Assembly: GCA_002633005.1 (NCBI GenBank)
Contig: NMRA01000298.1
Coordinates: 109,887 to 173,886, forward strand
From: Phoronis australis
Taxonomy: Eukaryota > Animalia > Phoronida
DNA: 64,000 nucleotides
Reading direction: 5' to 3'
Of the stretch, positions 11,150 to 23,720 are shown in pieces. The notes below the pieces were generated by a model. That model was not told where the DNA came from. It ran no database searches and saw only the letters and a list, made by a program, of their open reading frames with translations. The translations under genes and the position numbers were made by a program. Every line of letters starts with the position of its first letter. The stretch's first letter is position 1.

Positions 11150-14100
11150 GTGCTTGTCAATGAGAGCACCAGCCATCCAGCGGCAAGGTGGGGGTCAGCC
11201 AATTTTCACCAAATTTAACATATATGTACTCATATGGGATCTATAAACAGTGGTAAAGTATTTCCCAAAAATATCACGTTCTACCAAAGTTACAGGCTTA
11301 AACGGATTTTACGGCTTCGAAGCCATGTTTCACGCTGTAAAAACTCTCCAATTTTGACTGTTTGTATTTTTCCTTGAATGATATCTATTGAAATATTACT
11401 CACTTGGCATTGTTAAGTGGTGCCTGCAGATTGTTACACAGATGTCTTGAATAAAAGATTCCGATTTACCACCCTCGTTTAGTTGTTTTACTACACTATC
11501 CCCCCGTTATGCCATTTTGAGGTTATGTTCAATTCACTGCTGCAGTCTGCCAAATATGCCCCGACTGCTATGGGAATGAGACTTGGCCAAATTGTTGACA
11601 ACACATCTTACTTTCATTGAATTCAATAAATACTTTGGCAGCCAGTTTATAAGATATACATCTTGGCATATCAAATGTAATAAATTGAGAAATTTTCAAA
11701 TATCTCAGACCGTTGCGAGAGCACGTAAAATTAGATTGTCCTTAATGTTTTGGGACATTTTGCAACGAGGTTGTTCGTCCTGAAAATTTTGAATACTTAA
11801 CTACTTACCATCTAGGACTATAGTACTCCTAGATGACATACAGACCTCCATTTTTTAAAAAGCCGCTTATGTCCTCCCCAGTCCAGATGGTTAGGCATGA
11901 ACTCGACAAATGTAGCTTATTCTACATGGGTATTTCTTCACACCTATTCGAATTAGATTTTGTGTTGATTAAATGTTTATGCAATGCATTGTAATATAAA
12001 ATGAATGACAAGAATATTTTAAACATCTATGTTGAAAATATTCCTTGTGAAAAGATTATACACCAACCAAACACTTGTATACTACAATATATGCTTTTAT
12101 AATGCAATGGAAAGATAACTGCACGGTCAAAAGTGCAGATGTTATGACTCTAATAAAAATTGTTTGTACATATTTGACCACTCCAATTGCTACAGGACAG
12201 AGTCAACCACACAAAATCCATACAGTCAAGGAATTACATTTAAGGTGATGTAGTCTCACAGCAAAAAGAGATTTCGCAATAACGCTGACAACACTGTAAA
12301 AATCTACTTCTTTACAAACATGAGGTACATGTATCTGTAGGTACCACATCAATGTTCGTATCAAAAATAACCACTACAAAATGAGAAATTGGCTTGTCGG
12401 TTCCAATGCAGCAGCAATTTTGCAATGAAATAGTCATTAAAAGATACGTTTGCAACATCTCATGCATTGCAATTGCCATGCGATTACAAGGAGTCACCAG
12501 AGCTATTGTGCCAACAGTTTTAGATACTGCAACAGAAATCATTTGAAATGGACATACATGTAAACGTGCGTACTATAACATCAAACAACTTTTGATTTAG
12601 ACAAGTTACTATCATGATATAGGTATTATTTCCTGGTCACTTTTGAGCAATTTCAGAATTTCGAAAAAACTGGCAATATGCATTTGCTAGAGACCAAGAT
12701 CTATCAGATGGCTTGTCTAACAGTGTGTGGTTTTATGCACACATGGTCTCGAGGAATAGCAAACTGTGCATTCGCTGCAATTCTAGAAATCTCTTCCCAT
12801 CTGCATAAGGAACCAATTGAGAAATATTTAGAGGTAAATGGTCTAAATCAAAACTTTACCTCCTGGATGGACTGTGGATTTACAACCCAGGCTGAAAGAT
12901 AAGTGAGCAAAACCTGCAACAGGGGCTCAAGTGTCAGTAATAAGTACTCATTTACAAACAAACATCTATAGTGGTAAATAAAATGCGGAAACATAAATTC
13001 AGATCAATTTAATAATTTCAAGGAAACAAACAACACATTTGTCAGAAATCACGAAACAAACGTCTAAATTTGTTGTCCGCACACTAAGAAATCCTATCAG
13101 AACAAAAAATCCAGTCGCTAAAAAAAGAATAATGTACCAATCACCATGTGGCTGCACCAATACAATCCACTGTTCCAGGATCATGATCGGTGGCTGGCCA
13201 AAAATTCAATACAAGTAAATTCACACAGCAGTTCGGGTGCAAACAAAGCTTGCAACAACACATCAGCCTACTTTCCTACACAGCTGTGCTGACATAATGA
13301 AACCACCACTAGATTTAGCAGATCCGCCAGAGTATTTACAGGTCCAGCCACTGTACTGTTTCCTCTCTTTGAATTTTTACAATGCTACATCCTTGACAAT
13401 CTTAAAGCACAGATTGTCTCTTTCCAATGCATACTCCATTTCCTCTGTCATATGTCCTACATCCAACTGGCACAGTTTCCCCACAGTTTCTGAGGGTGGC
13501 CTATCTCAAGAAATTACTTTGGACCTGTTGTGATACATGTATAAGCCAGTAATCTTTGGCAAATACTTTTCCCCAGACTCGTTCCTCACATCTTCTGGGA
13601 GTAGACTTTTCGGCCTCTCTCTAGCCTCCTCACTTAGTTGTCCAGAAGGACACCTTCTTGCTGGTTTTTGAACTCAGCCTTTACTAATAATCGGCAGATT
13701 TCCAACTTCGGCAGAAGTCACTTCTTCAGCATATGCCTTTCCTGATTCCTAAAATTGCATTAATAAAATAATTAAACATATTAAATTTAATGTGGCCATT
13801 GCGGCTTTGAAAATATAAATACCTAGCTCAAGTGAAGTCATCACAAATAAGTCGTACAGAATTGATTATAAAACTTTAATAAATGAATTTCTACGTTTCT
13901 ACCTACCTGTCAGTAGTACAAAGGTATAAAACCCTAAAACTCAGAAATACACCGCATTTTGACAATCATATGAGGTAAACAGTAATTTTGAACTCTACTG
14001 CAAAATCAGCATGCATGACACAACACCGGCATCCTTTGCGTGGTTAACGGATCAATTGAAATTTTATGATAACCAGCTATTTTCTTTGTCAATGTTTGCA

Positions 14101-15459
14101 TGTACATACACTGCATATACTTCAATACTTTTGAAATAAGATATAATTAAGCAATAAGGCCCACTTTATAACCAATCACGGTGCTTCAATAAAATATTTT
14201 TGCATGAATGATGTGTTTCTTAAAATATTCTTAATGGTCTGACTCTTGAAATTGGCGATTCCTACACTGTACCTGTGCTCGCATGAAGCAGGACGTTGAA
14301 CCTTGACTTTACGTCTTTGGTCATTTTTCAGACCTCTGTCGGATTCCCATTCTTGTGTGCAGTAGATGTACTCAGTGTCTTTAACAACGCCAAATAAATA
14401 TTTCAAGGTTTGTAACTATGATTCCAGGAAGTGAATGTACAACGGTAGATAATCTACCTCCTGCTGCACACCTGCCTCCGAGGCAAACTACTTCTCAGGA
14501 CACGTTCCACCTCCTTCACATCCCTTCACTTTTAAGGTTCTCAAATGCCTCGCTGTATTCCTTGTGCATTTCCCAAGAGTCTTCAAAGTTGTTTCTCTCT
14601 TGGCAATTTGTAAAAACACCACATTTGATGCGGCTGGCAGTGCCAGATAAATAAATAAATTCGCAAACACGCACTTCAGTCCAGCCATCATTCAACTAAC
14701 GCAAATTGCATGCTTTGGTTTGGTATTCAATGAGTGTGATGGACAAATCTATTATAAATTTATATATGAATGGAAACTTTTTGTATTGGTTATAATTAAT
14801 TTAAAACATTTGAGCAATCCAATTATTTTAATTGTTGTATTATTCCACGGCATTTTGATGCGTAGCAACGGCGAACAACTAGTGACTGGTTCAACACGAA
14901 AAATACACATATGTGCGATTTGAAAATAGTGACACTCAGATACCTATTACCAAGCATCCCTGAAGGACTGACAAAGATTTTTTCGTATTAGTTTCAAGGG
15001 CATGGGGTCTACGTGCCCATGTCATCATTTTCAATTATCTCGTGGGGGCATCTTCACTATAAGGGTATAACTTACTGCTGGTTTTTAACAAGTATAAAAA
15101 GTACCTCCACGGAAACAGTTCGGTGTTACCATGGTAAGCGATATTTTAGTGTCGATGTCGTTTTAACTTACATAAGTAATGCAGCTCGTGATATCAAAAT
15201 TATTGAGAAAAGATTCTGTTTGGAGCAGAAACTGCAGTAGACATTGTAGTCAAAGATGACTCATTCCGCATCAAGAAATTGCCTTATTTTGCCTTTCAAG
15301 AAGACTTCCTTAGTATATCCTAAACCAACAAACTCTGTGGTATCATACTTCACCCAATTTTTCTCATCCCTAATGTGATTGATTAGACTGAAAATGGTTC
15401 TGAATGGCTGACCCCCAACTTTGTGGCTTGTTGGCTGTACTGGATCCGTGGACTAATGC
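11150..15459. mobile_element. Decayed 4.3-kb TTAA-flanked DNA transposon (Kolobok/piggyBac-type target site)
   Basis: TTAA at 11146-49 and 15460-63. Imperfect TIRs share cagcca...gggggtcagcca. Copy B has the empty site (gagtatatTTAAttcacctgcac, about 54725-54747). No intact ORF inside. Confidence 0.65.
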
Positions 15460-15474
15460 TTAACTAAAATTCAC

Positions 15475-15627
15475 CTGCACTGACGTCGACGTCATAGCGG
15501 ATCTCCTCGACAATGATCCTGTTTCTCTGTTTCCAGCCTGTGTAACCATTCATGAGTCCATCGTACCTGGCGATATGTATCTCAATAGATCTCCGTCCTG
15601 CTCTGATGTTATTGCACAGACCATCAA
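15475..15627 (-). CDS. Copy A exon: CTHRC1-like domain 2, part c (no stop; splices on to domain 3)
   Basis: cag acceptor, gtgaat donor, phase 1->1, 153 nt. DGLCNNIRAGRRSIEIHIARYDGLMNGYTGWKQRNRIIVEEIRYDVDVSA matches CTHRC1 EGLCEGIGAG...TGW....RIIIEE. Intact paralog at 54742-54894. Confidence 0.9.
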
Positions 15628-16606
15628 CTGAGTAAAAAGAGGCTCCGTTGTACTAAAGTTTACACGTACCTTACTCGGTATCACGTGCAACAAATTCCCA
15701 TGCTATAACTATACAACATCGCCATCAAAGGCAACCAGTTACTAATTTCAAATAATTAAAATGTCTAACGGGTCAGCTTTAAAAAAAGTTTTAGCTTCTT
15801 CTGTGGAAGGAAAACAATGATCTGTCCGCTCTACACACACACACTCGCCAAATGTGTCCTGGCTGATTTTACAGGTCGCGAAACATGCACTGAGGACTCC
15901 AAACAACCTGAGGTTGACAAACGTTCAATATTCAATAAAACGGAACTTTTGGACCATGTTGGAATTGTATTACACTTTCCTTTACGAACACTGGTTGAGA
16001 GTACGTAGTTTCCGACTGAAAACGGTTAACTTCAATGATTGATGTCATTTGTTGAAATGCCCTTTTTAGATAAAGTAATTTCATTATCAAGTTTCTTCTT
16101 TTCATTCACTTTTCCAAGAACCGAGCATTTGCTATAAGGGTAATTAATGTTCAAAAAGTAGAAATCGGATAAAATTTTTAATTTCAGGCGTTTTATCGAT
16201 ATGTGTTTGATTGGGCCAAATGGCCCCGCGTTTTAGTAAACATGAGCGAAATTGAATAATTGCCCATCCCGGTTAAAAAAATTCTAATATCAATATGCTT
16301 CGTTTATTAGAACTTTTAATACTTTTGCACAAAGAATCTACTGAAAGCACCAACATTCAATAGCTTCTCAAGACATGAGGGATTTACAAAAAACACTTCC
16401 TAAAGATATTTAATCAACAGATGTAGAAAGCCTGTAATCCTAAAAGTTTCCTTGAATCCTTATGTGACATATCTGAGCTATAATGTTCTAGACCCATATC
16501 TTTGGCCTTTTATAACTGTTACTCGGAGCTGAAACCGTGTCCTATTGCAAGTAAATAAACCTGCTTTGCAGTAACAGCTTTTGCAACATTCAACGATTGT
16601 ACTTAC

Positions 16607-16785
16607 TTCCGCCGTTGGCGTCATAGGTGTGGTCAACAACATTCGAGTCCATGTGAGCGTAAATACCGTCTATGGCACCAGGGTTTGAACAGGCGTGGCA
16701 TTGCGCCTTGTGGGTAAATGTAGATGTTGGCCAGGAACAGAACTCGTACGGCCGTGTCTGTTGCTCTTTTGTAGTAATAGAACGT
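16607..16785 (-). pseudogene. Copy A exon: CTHRC1-like domain 2, part b, frameshifted by an internal deletion
   Basis: Good splice sites (tttcag / gtaagt). The 5' frame gives TFYYYKRATDTAVRVLFLANIYIYPQG and a different 3' frame gives HACSNPGAIDGIYAHMDSNVVDHTYDANGG. The RWYxTFNG motif is missing, and the length is 179 nt (3n+2) rather than 3n+1, so a premature TGA results. Confidence 0.8.
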
Positions 16786-16987
16786 CTGAAATTAATAAGT
16801 TACTTGCGTTCTTGAAGGAAAGTGCCCCTCGATTTATTTATTTTTGTTAAGGTCTTGATCTCTCTATAACCAGATCACCTCGTGAACAGACAATCTCATA
16901 GCGCCGAAAGCTATCGCGTTAACCTGTGAGGAAGGTGAGTACATGACGCAGCTACGTCAGTGGTTCTTCAGCTGAGTGTGTGCCGCT

Positions 16988-17191
16988 ATGATGGGGTGCA
17001 TTGTTCCTGCTTGTGCGAAGCAAGACGCTGTGGGTATAGCGGGTATATTGTTTTTTCGATTTCTTCAAAATCCCGAAGTGCTTCGAAAGTGGTTCCCGGC
17101 AGTAAAGAATGAAAATCACACCGTTAACACAAATCACGAAGCCGTCAATTATCTCCGTGTCTGTGGTCATTATTGTTCCGTTTCAAAATGA
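16988..17191 (+). mobile_element. THAP zinc-finger remnant (probable N-terminus of a decayed transposase)
   Basis: MMGCIVPAC...LFFRFLQNPEVLRKWFPAV...LRVCGHY follows the THAP pattern CxVPxC...F(H)RFP...W...RVCxxHF. Confidence 0.75.
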
Positions 17192-19389
17192 GTTATTCTC
17201 ACAATAACCTAATGGTTATACAAAACTGACAGAAAGGTCTGTCTCAGTAGTGTTCGCGAGTGCAAATATTTTGAGACTAATATCAACAATAGAAAGATAT
17301 CATACTGAGTCATTGGCTTCAGATCCAATAAAACTAATTGTCCACCGTGTGAGCGCATGCTAATTCAGTGTTGCTTCCCTGGTCTAGTGTTTGTTTGACT
17401 GTAAGTTTAGTTTTCGACTTTCGCGGCCGACTAACCCGGCTGTTTGATGTTCGTGGTCCCCAGTTCAGGCCGTTACGGGACTGATCGGGTTTCGAACTCT
17501 TAGGTTATAGCGAGCTTCTTGTGTTTAGAACTAAAAAAATCGCACGTCTAAAATTACAACACAGTCTATGCCCTACTGTGTGTATTTGACGGCAGAATAA
17601 CTCAAATTCATCATCAATCAGCCCTTGGTAAGTTGGCCTGACAAACTTTGTGGGCTATGGTTCTTTAGAAATTTCTACCAGCTCGTAATAGCGAATTAAC
17701 AACGCATTTGCTTAAGAAATCAATGTATTTGTACGGTTCTTACATCGAATATTGATGATTTACTGGTGTAAAACAATGAATTCAAACGATGCACTGACAC
17801 CAGTAAACGTCTTGCGAACTTCTGAGCAGACTGTGTTACAACAAGTGACGTCGTAGGTTAATTTCAGCAACTCCGTCCTCCGCCTGGTGTCAGGTAAAGG
17901 AATTGAATTTGTTGTTATCGAGTGGAACTACTAGATCGAAATCGATACAAAAATGTTTTTGGTGGCATTTACATTTAAAAAAGCAGTTTAAAGTGTTTTA
18001 GTATTGACAAAGATGCCCCATCAACGATTTCTACTGAAGGAAATGAGCCATACATTGTATACATGTGAAAGGTTTGTGTAAAATAATGGATCGTGATACA
18101 CGTAGATCCGATAGTATTTTGTTTCTAAGTCAGCAGTCGTTTATATTACACAGTTTCACAAGAATTTTCAATCACCTGACTTCACAAATATAACTTGACT
18201 GCTTGTTTGTTAATCTTTTACCGTGGTGACTTTAGAGAATATTTCAGAAGAATTGACCTCTGTGTGTAGGATGATGTGTTTCACTCATAAAAAGACTTTT
18301 CTTCCTCTGAGATAACCTTTTTGAACAGTCACTTTCTTTTGGATCACAAAATGGTAGTAGCATTGTCTTTTTTGTTATAAGAGAACGTGTCCATTGGTTT
18401 GAGTAGTGCTTGTTGCTTTCGGAAAAACACGCTGGATCAATACGCTCGATTGTAGTAAACAAGCATTGGTCATGGGCGTTATTTGGGGATTACGTAGAAT
18501 ATTGAAATATACCCGTGTACTAAAACAATTTCAAAGTAGCAGATTTTCAGCCCAGTTGGGAAATCTTGACCACGATGGAAAATATATATCCGGCTCTGTG
18601 TTGAATCTTATAGAATGTTAAATTTAAGGTTAGGGTCATGTTGGACCTTATCGACAAGTCCGTGTATTGAACCCAATATCAGCAAAACTATAGTCTTTAA
18701 CTCAATGGAAGTGTACATTTTTAAAGGTAAGAAGGTTTTGACTTTTAATCAATCTGTCGTTAGTTGGGTTACTGGGCTGTGTCTTTTTATTAAAATCGAG
18801 CGCAAATGAATGGTACATTCATAGCAGAACAAGGTCTGATGCGAAATCTGAAAAACTCTGAAGCTTTCTTAACATACTTTCAGTTTCACGAAATGCAATT
18901 TTCAATCTTTTCACAAAGGTAGGGAAGGCCGGGAGTACTCCGTGGCCGTGTAACATGCGTTGCTCGGGTGGTGTCTGCACTGCCATGTAGTGCAATTTCC
19001 CTTGTAGTTAAGGTAAAGCTGCGTCTGGTAGGTGGGTGCGGTATGGCGTCAGTGGAGGGGACTGACATATACCGCGACCACATCTCCGGCTCTATGGTCG
19101 CCCAGGGCATGGCTGCGTTGCGAGCTTTGTGGGAGCTGTACTGTACTGCCCATTGTGAGGTATTCAACCTGTCCCTAAGTTGATGTGCCCCAAGTCAGAC
19201 GTCTTGCCTGCAGTCTGGAGGGGGTGAGCTTCAACGAATATTGAGGCAAATCCGAGAAAGGCATCGGTCCATTTCCCATTGGTTGCGACTTATTTTTTCC
19301 CACATTCCCTGCCACTCCTCTACCAGGGTCACGGCCCCCACGCGGGGTGTGGCGGTGGACATGATTGTTCATCAATGAACAATCCTGCC

Positions 19390-21328
19390 CATGTGCACAT
19401 ACTGAGCCACAACACCACGTTCCTTACACTATCCTTATTATCACTCCGGCTGGTCTACTCACTCAGCTTGTCCGGAACCTGCTTTGCAGATTGTTATAGC
19501 CCAGTTGGCTGTTTGATGTACCCACTTGGTACTTTATTATATGATATGTGCCCTTTTGCCAGTTGTACCCATTTGGTACTTGTTATTGAATTTGCCTTTT
19601 TTCTCGACCCAGTTGGTAGGCAATCGGCCAATACCCATTTCGTATTACGTAACCATTTGGTACTATGCTAACCTGCGTCACTTAGTATCCGATACTCATT
19701 TAAACATTGGGTATCGTAAGCGTGTGTGTTACGGATGATTTGCAGGTTATTGGGTTCATTATTTGTTATAAAAGTAAAGTCTTTTGTTTTGCTTAGCGTT
19801 AGTTTTCTGCCTCGCCGCTAGGCACTTTCCAGTCTATTGTTTCACTGATTTGCCATTTCACTCTGCCCGCATCATTTGAAGCGTTAAGTCTCTTACTGTT
19901 GTCTTGTACTAGTGATTTTTTTCTTTCGTTATCTGTATCATTTGTTTTGTTTTGTACGCACTTAGTACATTTTCATTTCTCTTAGTTTGTATATTTGTGT
20001 ACATGTAGATAGTATTGTATTTAATTTGCTAAATTCTTTTGTGTACTGTATAATTTGTTTCCATGGTCTGTTTTCTGCGTGTCTTTTGTTGGCCACGCCC
20101 CGTGTCAGCCATTTTGTTAATTGGGTGTTTTTTGTTATTTGCAGATAAGATTCGAACAAGTTTTGTATGGTATTCAGACATTTTTTCGCTGTGTTCATGG
20201 GCTACCTTTGGGCCACGGAACGGAAATAAAGATTACTATACCATAACATTTTTTCGTATTTTCACACGGCAACAGTGTGTGTTATCTCTTTTAATTAAGG
20301 AACCAGATGGGTTCCTTATGTGAATTATTCATTTGTAGAGCTGTGACCCTGAAATTCCCAATTCAACCTAAAATGCACATTATTGTTGTTGTTTTATTTG
20401 TCCCCAAAAAAGAAATTTATGGCACTCTGACATAAATGCCATATTTGGGCAAATAACATTCTGCAGCCCTTCATCCTTCATAACCAACTCCTAGTTAGCT
20501 CGAACCAAATCCGATGATAGCTCTGTTTGTTCTTTCTCTCCAGCTTCCTGTTAGTCCAGCCTCGAGCAACAATACATTCTCTCTTGAGTTTTCACAATTA
20601 GACCATTTGATACCTCTTCCACCCTCCCTACACTGGGTTCCAAAAATATCAATTCAACCAATCTATATCTTTCCCACCCTCCCAACCTTTTGTCGAACAA
20701 AATCTGCTGTTGGTTATTATGTTATTGCAGCCACTGCTGGTATGTACTTCATTCAAGCCCGTAGCGTGTTACCTTCAAGCACGAAGAGACGTCCATGGCT
20801 AGCGATCAGACCTGTACTCGAGTGTCTATCACTGCAGCTTGCATCTTTCCACCCCGGTCGCAGCTCTCAGCATATACTGAGCCAGAACACCACGTTCCTT
20901 CCAATATATTTTTATCACTCCGGCTGGTCTGCTCACTCAGCTTGTCCGGAACCTGCTTTGCAGGCTGTTATAGCCCAGTTGGCTGTTTGATGTACCCACT
21001 TGGTACTTTATTGTATGATATTTGCCCATTTGTCAGTTGTACCCATTTGGTACTTGTTATTGAATTTGGCGTTTTGCTCGACCCAGTTGATAGTCAATCA
21101 GCCAATACCCATTTGGTATTATGTACCCATGTGGTACTATGCTAACCTGTGCCACTTAGTACACGATGCTCAGTTGCACATTGGGTATCGGAAATGTGTG
21201 TGTTATCTCTTGTTATTAAGGAACCCATCTGGTTCCTTGTGTGAAATATTCATTTGTAGAGCTGTGATCCTGAAATCCCCAATAAAACCTAAAATATACA
21301 TAATTCTTGTTGTTTTATTTGTCCCCAA
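19390..21328. repeat. Diverged direct repeat pair (about 19390-20405 with an internal insertion, and about 20870-21328)
   Basis: catactgagcca..caccacgttcctt...gtacccatttggtacttgttattgaattt... occurs twice; 20275-20405 continues the match to 21195-21328. Confidence 0.85.
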
Positions 21329-22657
21329 GACCTGGGTCATATCCGGGTCTGCAATCCTTTTAACCATGAAAACCGACCCGAAATAAGTATCAAGTATGTC
21401 TGGAAACTAATGCGCCAAAATGTTTTGTTTGTGGTGGGGACATGTTTCCACATACCCAAAGTTCAGTAAAAGATGAGCGATTTCCATAAAACCCGACAAT
21501 TGGCTCCGAAAATTATTGCATTGTTTGCGGAAAAATTTATCGAGAACGACTGCATACATTTTAGCTGCAATCGCTTAGAACAACATTTTTGATAGTACTG
21601 TAGAAAAGCTTTACTTGGCTAAGGTACAACTAAATTCATTAAAACAATTGGTTTTTAACTACTTTAGTGTTGGTAGTCTCCGTGTGGTGCTCTTACAGAC
21701 AAAACCAAAGACATTCACATATACCCGGGGGTCCTTCCATAGAGGGTCGAATAGCCCCAAGAAGGTTTAATTTTTCACACCAAGATCTCCAAGAAACGGT
21801 GACAGTTTTTGGATTTTTCTGAATAATGGTCGATGATTCCTCAAAAAGGGCACATGTTTTGCAAATCATCACTCAAACATGTACGCATTTGCACGTTACG
21901 TGTAATATGGGTAGAATATTTATACGTTTCTCCCTCTAAATTGGCGGGTCAACAAAAGTGACAGACACAGTTCTGTTTCTTCAAAACAATGGAATACCCC
22001 CAGGTTCAGATTGTGTAGTGTTGCTGAACGTCACCAGTTTGCTCGATATTAGGCATGTGTTACTCCCAGGTATCTACGTGTAAATATGCTGCCATTATGG
22101 TGTTTCAAAATCCTGAAATTATTAGTTTAGATACATATAGATTATTACATGGCGAAGTCGTTATCCCCCGTTATCTAGAGCCCCAGTGGATTTTGGAGAA
22201 TTATCCCCCGAGGGGCCGGAGGGCGTGACGTTTGAAGAAAAGCCGAGATACTTTTGTAAAATAATGTTTTCACTCAAAACCAATTGAAAAATAAAACAAA
22301 ATAGAAATAAAGTGAATCTATAAATTAAGGTTTAGCAACTGTTGTAGCTTACTACACATTTTATCACGCTAAGCTTCGAATATATCGTCTGCTAAAGTAC
22401 GTTACCACTAGTAACTGACTATAATGCTCAAGTCAAAGGATCCCGACCACACGACACCTGCATTCAAATTGGAGATCGGTGATTTACAAGTGAGAGAACA
22501 CGAGAGAAAAATTTCACTGAATCAAAATATCGTTTTTATGGAAATTATGCGTCTTATTTTTCATAGCGTATAATTGTCGGTGCAATGCACTTTGCTGAAC
22601 ATGCGAGTGTTTCCCGTGCTCATTTAAGTTATTATATTTTCACGTTTGTTGACCTCA

Positions 22658-22730
22658 GCCACTGAGTGGTGTAGTAGTAAAGTCGCGACTAACAACTGTT
22701 GAGACCCGGGTTCGAATCCGGCCTCGATTT
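22658..22730 (+). mobile_element. tRNA-derived SINE head or tRNA pseudogene
   Basis: A-box-like tggtgtagtagt and a perfect B-box ggttcgaatcc at tRNA-like spacing, but no convincing acceptor or anticodon stems. Confidence 0.55.
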
Positions 22731-22989
22731 CCCGGCAAAATATTATCTCACTAGTGAGATAACTTTATGGGTTATTACACGGTTGTATCTGCCATTCGAG
22801 GCTAATGTTGTGGTATAAATAATATTTTTTTTACTCTGAAGAAGTAAAAACAGGGCAACCCGTACTCACAGAAATAGACAACTGAGACAGAATCATTGAT
22901 TCTTATTCTTGCAGGTACTATCCAGTTTTTTAGGCATTTTAAAATATTTTTCAGCATTCCATCCGGAATGGTCAACCGTAACAATGAAA

Positions 22990-23720
22990 TCTTTGTAGAC
23001 CTAACCAGAGACATGTTTAGTCAAATTAGTAAAACACAAGTAGAAGTTAACCAACTTCAGCATGAATACAGGACCACAATCGCCCCAGTCGTTTTAAAAC
23101 TTACAAATAATGACATCGTAGCATGCTACACAGGGCGTGAGTCTCATATATTTTCCGGTTTAGAGCATCTTTGGGGATGCTGCTTTCCATCGGGCATATA
23201 AACCAATACACGCTGTTTAAGAATCTGTTCTTTTTGATACAGATAAGACGGAGGCAACGCACACTAAACTTTCAACTTGGGACGCTTTAACCTCTCTGAA
23301 GCTGTTGGCTAAGATAGCTTATGTACGTGGGATCGTTTCATGTCCTTGCAATTCAAGGAGATATGTTACTAACGTTTTCAAGAAACACGGTTTTACGCAC
23401 CATTGGGGCCCAAGGCAGAAAATCTTCACAAAAGAGTCATTTTAGGTCGAAGAGAAATTCCGGTCATAAAACCAAGAATACCAAAAGCCCAACAAGCATT
23501 ATTTTCTACTTACACGAATGGGAACGATGTGAAATTAGTTGTTGGTGTGACATCTGGGGGAATTCATTTGTTACTGACAGCCATGCTGGCGTCACCAGCG
23601 ACAGAGACAGTTAGAAAATATTCGTCAGTGTCTTTCAGGTGATTTTGCTATGACTGATGAAGCGTTCGACCTACTAGATTTGTTTGTAATTAGTGAACGC
23701 CTTGTGAATAATTAAACCTT
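22990..23720 (+). mobile_element. Degraded PIF/Harbinger-ISL2EU-type transposase (HTH + DDE_Tnp_4) remnant
   Basis: Fragments across frames: NNDIVACYTGRESH (like DDxxVxFYTGxxSY), RFNLSEA..TWDRFMSLQFKEI (HTH), RVILGRREIPVIKPRIPKAQQALFSTYTNGNDVKLVVGVTSGG, SFVTDSHAGVTSDR, and GDFAMTDEAFDL (like GDxVMADxGF). Confidence 0.8.

Larger units (their letters stand above)
2985..15690. repeat. Segmental duplication unit A (paralogous to about 49585-54960 and in part to about 42280-43560)
   Basis: Downstream flank, 3'UTR, introns and four exons are collinear with copy B, interrupted only by copy-specific insertions. Boundaries are approximate. Confidence 0.9.

Noticed and set aside
19279-21386. Long ORFs (116-158 aa) in the direct repeats, and an LTR-pair interpretation
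   Set aside because: The ORFs lack motifs and arise from repeat sequence; no TG..CA ends, primer-binding site or gag/pol were seen.
22658-22730. Functional tRNA gene
   Set aside because: A and B boxes are present but a cloverleaf cannot be built; more likely a SINE head.
22896-23201. C1q-like reading of VVLKLTNNDIVACY
   Set aside because: Better explained as the FYTG-containing region preceding the HTH/DDE of the adjacent transposase remnant.
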